Virus record (IMG/VR): IMGVR_UViG_3300033233_000010
Span: 1-64,000 of that record
Source: a virus
Reading direction: 5' to 3' (one strand)
DNA length: 64,000 bases
Part shown: positions 62,900-64,000 of the stretch, one piece after another
Position numbering within the stretch: position 1 is the first letter of the stretch
Layout of the letters: every line of letters begins with the position of its first letter
Translations under genes and position numbers: made by a program
The notes under the pieces: generated by a model
Told to the model about the DNA's origin: nothing
The model's input: the letters and a program-made list of their open reading frames with translations, nothing else
Databases searched by the model: none

Positions 62900-63916
62900 T
62901 TACTTGCTCCCGCGTCGGCCCGGCTTCTTGGGCTCGATGGGCGGCTCCGGCTCCGGCTCCAGGGGTTCGTCGAGGATCACGACCACATCGTTGTCCGAAT
63001 CCTCGGCTGCGACCGGCGGCGGCTGCGGCGGCGCTGGCGGAGCCGGAGGCGCTCCGATGCGGTGAACGGTCCTCGGAGCGGGGTCGCGTGGGAAAACAGG
63101 TAGCCCGGTCGCGGGGGCGGCCTCGGCGACGACCACCGGCGCCTTTGGATCTCGGGGGAAGGCGGGGAGCGTCGACGGCGCGGCCTGGATCGCCGGGATC
63201 TTCGGCTCGAACGCCTCGATGATGTAGAGGAGCTTGTTTCCAGCGCGGCCTGGCATCGACGCGGAAACGGCCTTGCCGTTGACCCGGAGCACGAGCTTCT
63301 CGAACGCCTCAGCCGTCGGGAGCCACGAGTTGATACGACCCGCGGGGATGTGCTCGTTCTGCCCGAGCTTCACCTCGATGGCGAGCTGGCCGCCCGGCTT
63401 GAGGAGCTTGAGCGCCACGACGAGCGCCTCAACGGGGAAGACGGCCTCCTCGAAGCACTCCGGCCAGATGACGAGGTCGAAGACCCCGAGCGATTCGAGG
63501 TGCCCTTCGGTGGGCCATCCGCCGAAGCAGCGGGTTCGGTGCTGGTCCGGGATCTCCTCGCTCTCGTTCTTGCGGACGGGGTGGACCTCGTTGAGCACCC
63601 CCGTAACGAGATCGAGACCTGCGCGGAAGCGGGCGCGGGGCTCGATGGAGACGACCTCGGCGACGCCCAAGTCGAGCGCAGCTGCGGGGAGCCCGCCCAG
63701 CCCGGCCCCGATAACAGCCACACGGTGTTCTTCGGCGAAGTCGGCGAGCCCGAGCTTGGCCTTGAGGAGCGCGATGTAGTCGTAGGGGTCGCACGGCCCA
63801 GGCAGCTCCAGCTCGTGCCGGAGGACCGGGATCTTGAACGTCGTCGGATCGCCCGGCGCGAATGCCGATGAGTGCCGGATGCGATCGACAGCCGCGACCA
63901 ACTCGTCGTGTTTCAT
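62900..63916 (-). CDS. class I SAM-dependent methyltransferase-fold protein with Pro-rich tail
   Basis: VAVIGAGLGG (motif I), VSIEP, FDLVI, LLKPGGQLAI. Confidence 0.7.
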   Translation of the reverse strand: MKHDELVAAVDRIRHSSAFAPGDPTTFKIPVLRHELELPGPCDPYDYIALLKAKLGLADFAEEHRVAVIGAGLGGLPAAALDLGVAEVVSIEPRARFRAGLDLVTGVLNEVHPVRKNESEEIPDQHRTRCFGGWPTEGHLESLGVFDLVIWPECFEEAVFPVEALVVALKLLKPGGQLAIEVKLGQNEHIPAGRINSWLPTAEAFEKLVLRVNGKAVSASMPGRAGNKLLYIIEAFEPKIPAIQAAPSTLPAFPRDPKAPVVVAEAAPATGLPVFPRDPAPRTVHRIGAPPAPPAPPQPPPVAAEDSDNDVVVILDEPLEPEPEPPIEPKKPGRRGSK

Positions 63917-63937
63917 GCGTCCTCCAACCGGCCTATC

Positions 63938-64000
63938 TTACGGGAAAAGCGTCTCGCCGGTCTCGTGGTAGTAGTCGGCGCCGAATCTGTGAAGGGCGCG
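63938..64000 (-). CDS. 3' end of a gene truncated by the window
   Basis: ...RALHRFGADYYHETGETLFP*. Confidence 0.5.
   Translation of the reverse strand, partial: RALHRFGADYYHETGETLFP

Noticed and set aside
47787-63103. Very long plus-strand ORFs in the track (e.g. 47787-49547, 49076-50743, 58896-60923, 60737-63103)
   Set aside because: Antisense shadows of GC3-rich minus-strand genes, with no recognisable motifs or RBS.
1-64000. tRNA, rRNA, CRISPR array, integrase, phage-nucleus or tubulin genes
   Set aside because: No cloverleaf, spaced direct-repeat array or such protein motifs were recognised by eye. tRNAscan-SE, a CRISPR finder and an HMM search would be needed to exclude them formally.

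Overview
This is a 64-kb segment of a large, very GC-rich dsDNA bacteriophage genome. I saw no host housekeeping operons, rRNA, tRNA, CRISPR array or integrase. About 115 tightly packed genes, many with ATGA/GTGA start-stop overlaps, form alternating strand blocks. (i) Accessory genes (~1-45 kb) are mostly small hypotheticals, plus a metallophosphoesterase, two XRE-type HTH regulators, an RNase H-HNH fusion, a WGR protein, an HD-type (p)ppGpp-hydrolase-like protein and a C39-like peptidase. (ii) A dispersed dNTP-supply set comprises dcd, thyX, class II nrdJ and a dNMP kinase. (iii) A minus-strand probable virion block (~45.6-64 kb) has basic low-complexity proteins and repeat-rich tail-fibre-like proteins. 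Three features stand out. First, a shared ~9-residue amphipathic motif, [SDPN]-[AVI]-[VI]-[DES]-x-[LI]-A-x-L, closes more than 20 otherwise unrelated accessory proteins, many with an SH3-like signature. It is conserved as protein rather than DNA and suggests a modular 'variable domain + common docking tag' system. Second, intron-less homing-endonuclease cassettes insert at conserved motifs and carry a synonymously recoded replacement for the gene end they displace. This is clear for thyX and a PLA2-like gene, leaves a footprint at nrdJ, and is probable for a Cys-rich gene. Third, a recurrent GG-TAGAAC-like hexamer lies 6-8 nt before start codons, implying widespread leaderless transcription. 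All calls come from manual motif recognition; no database searches were run.
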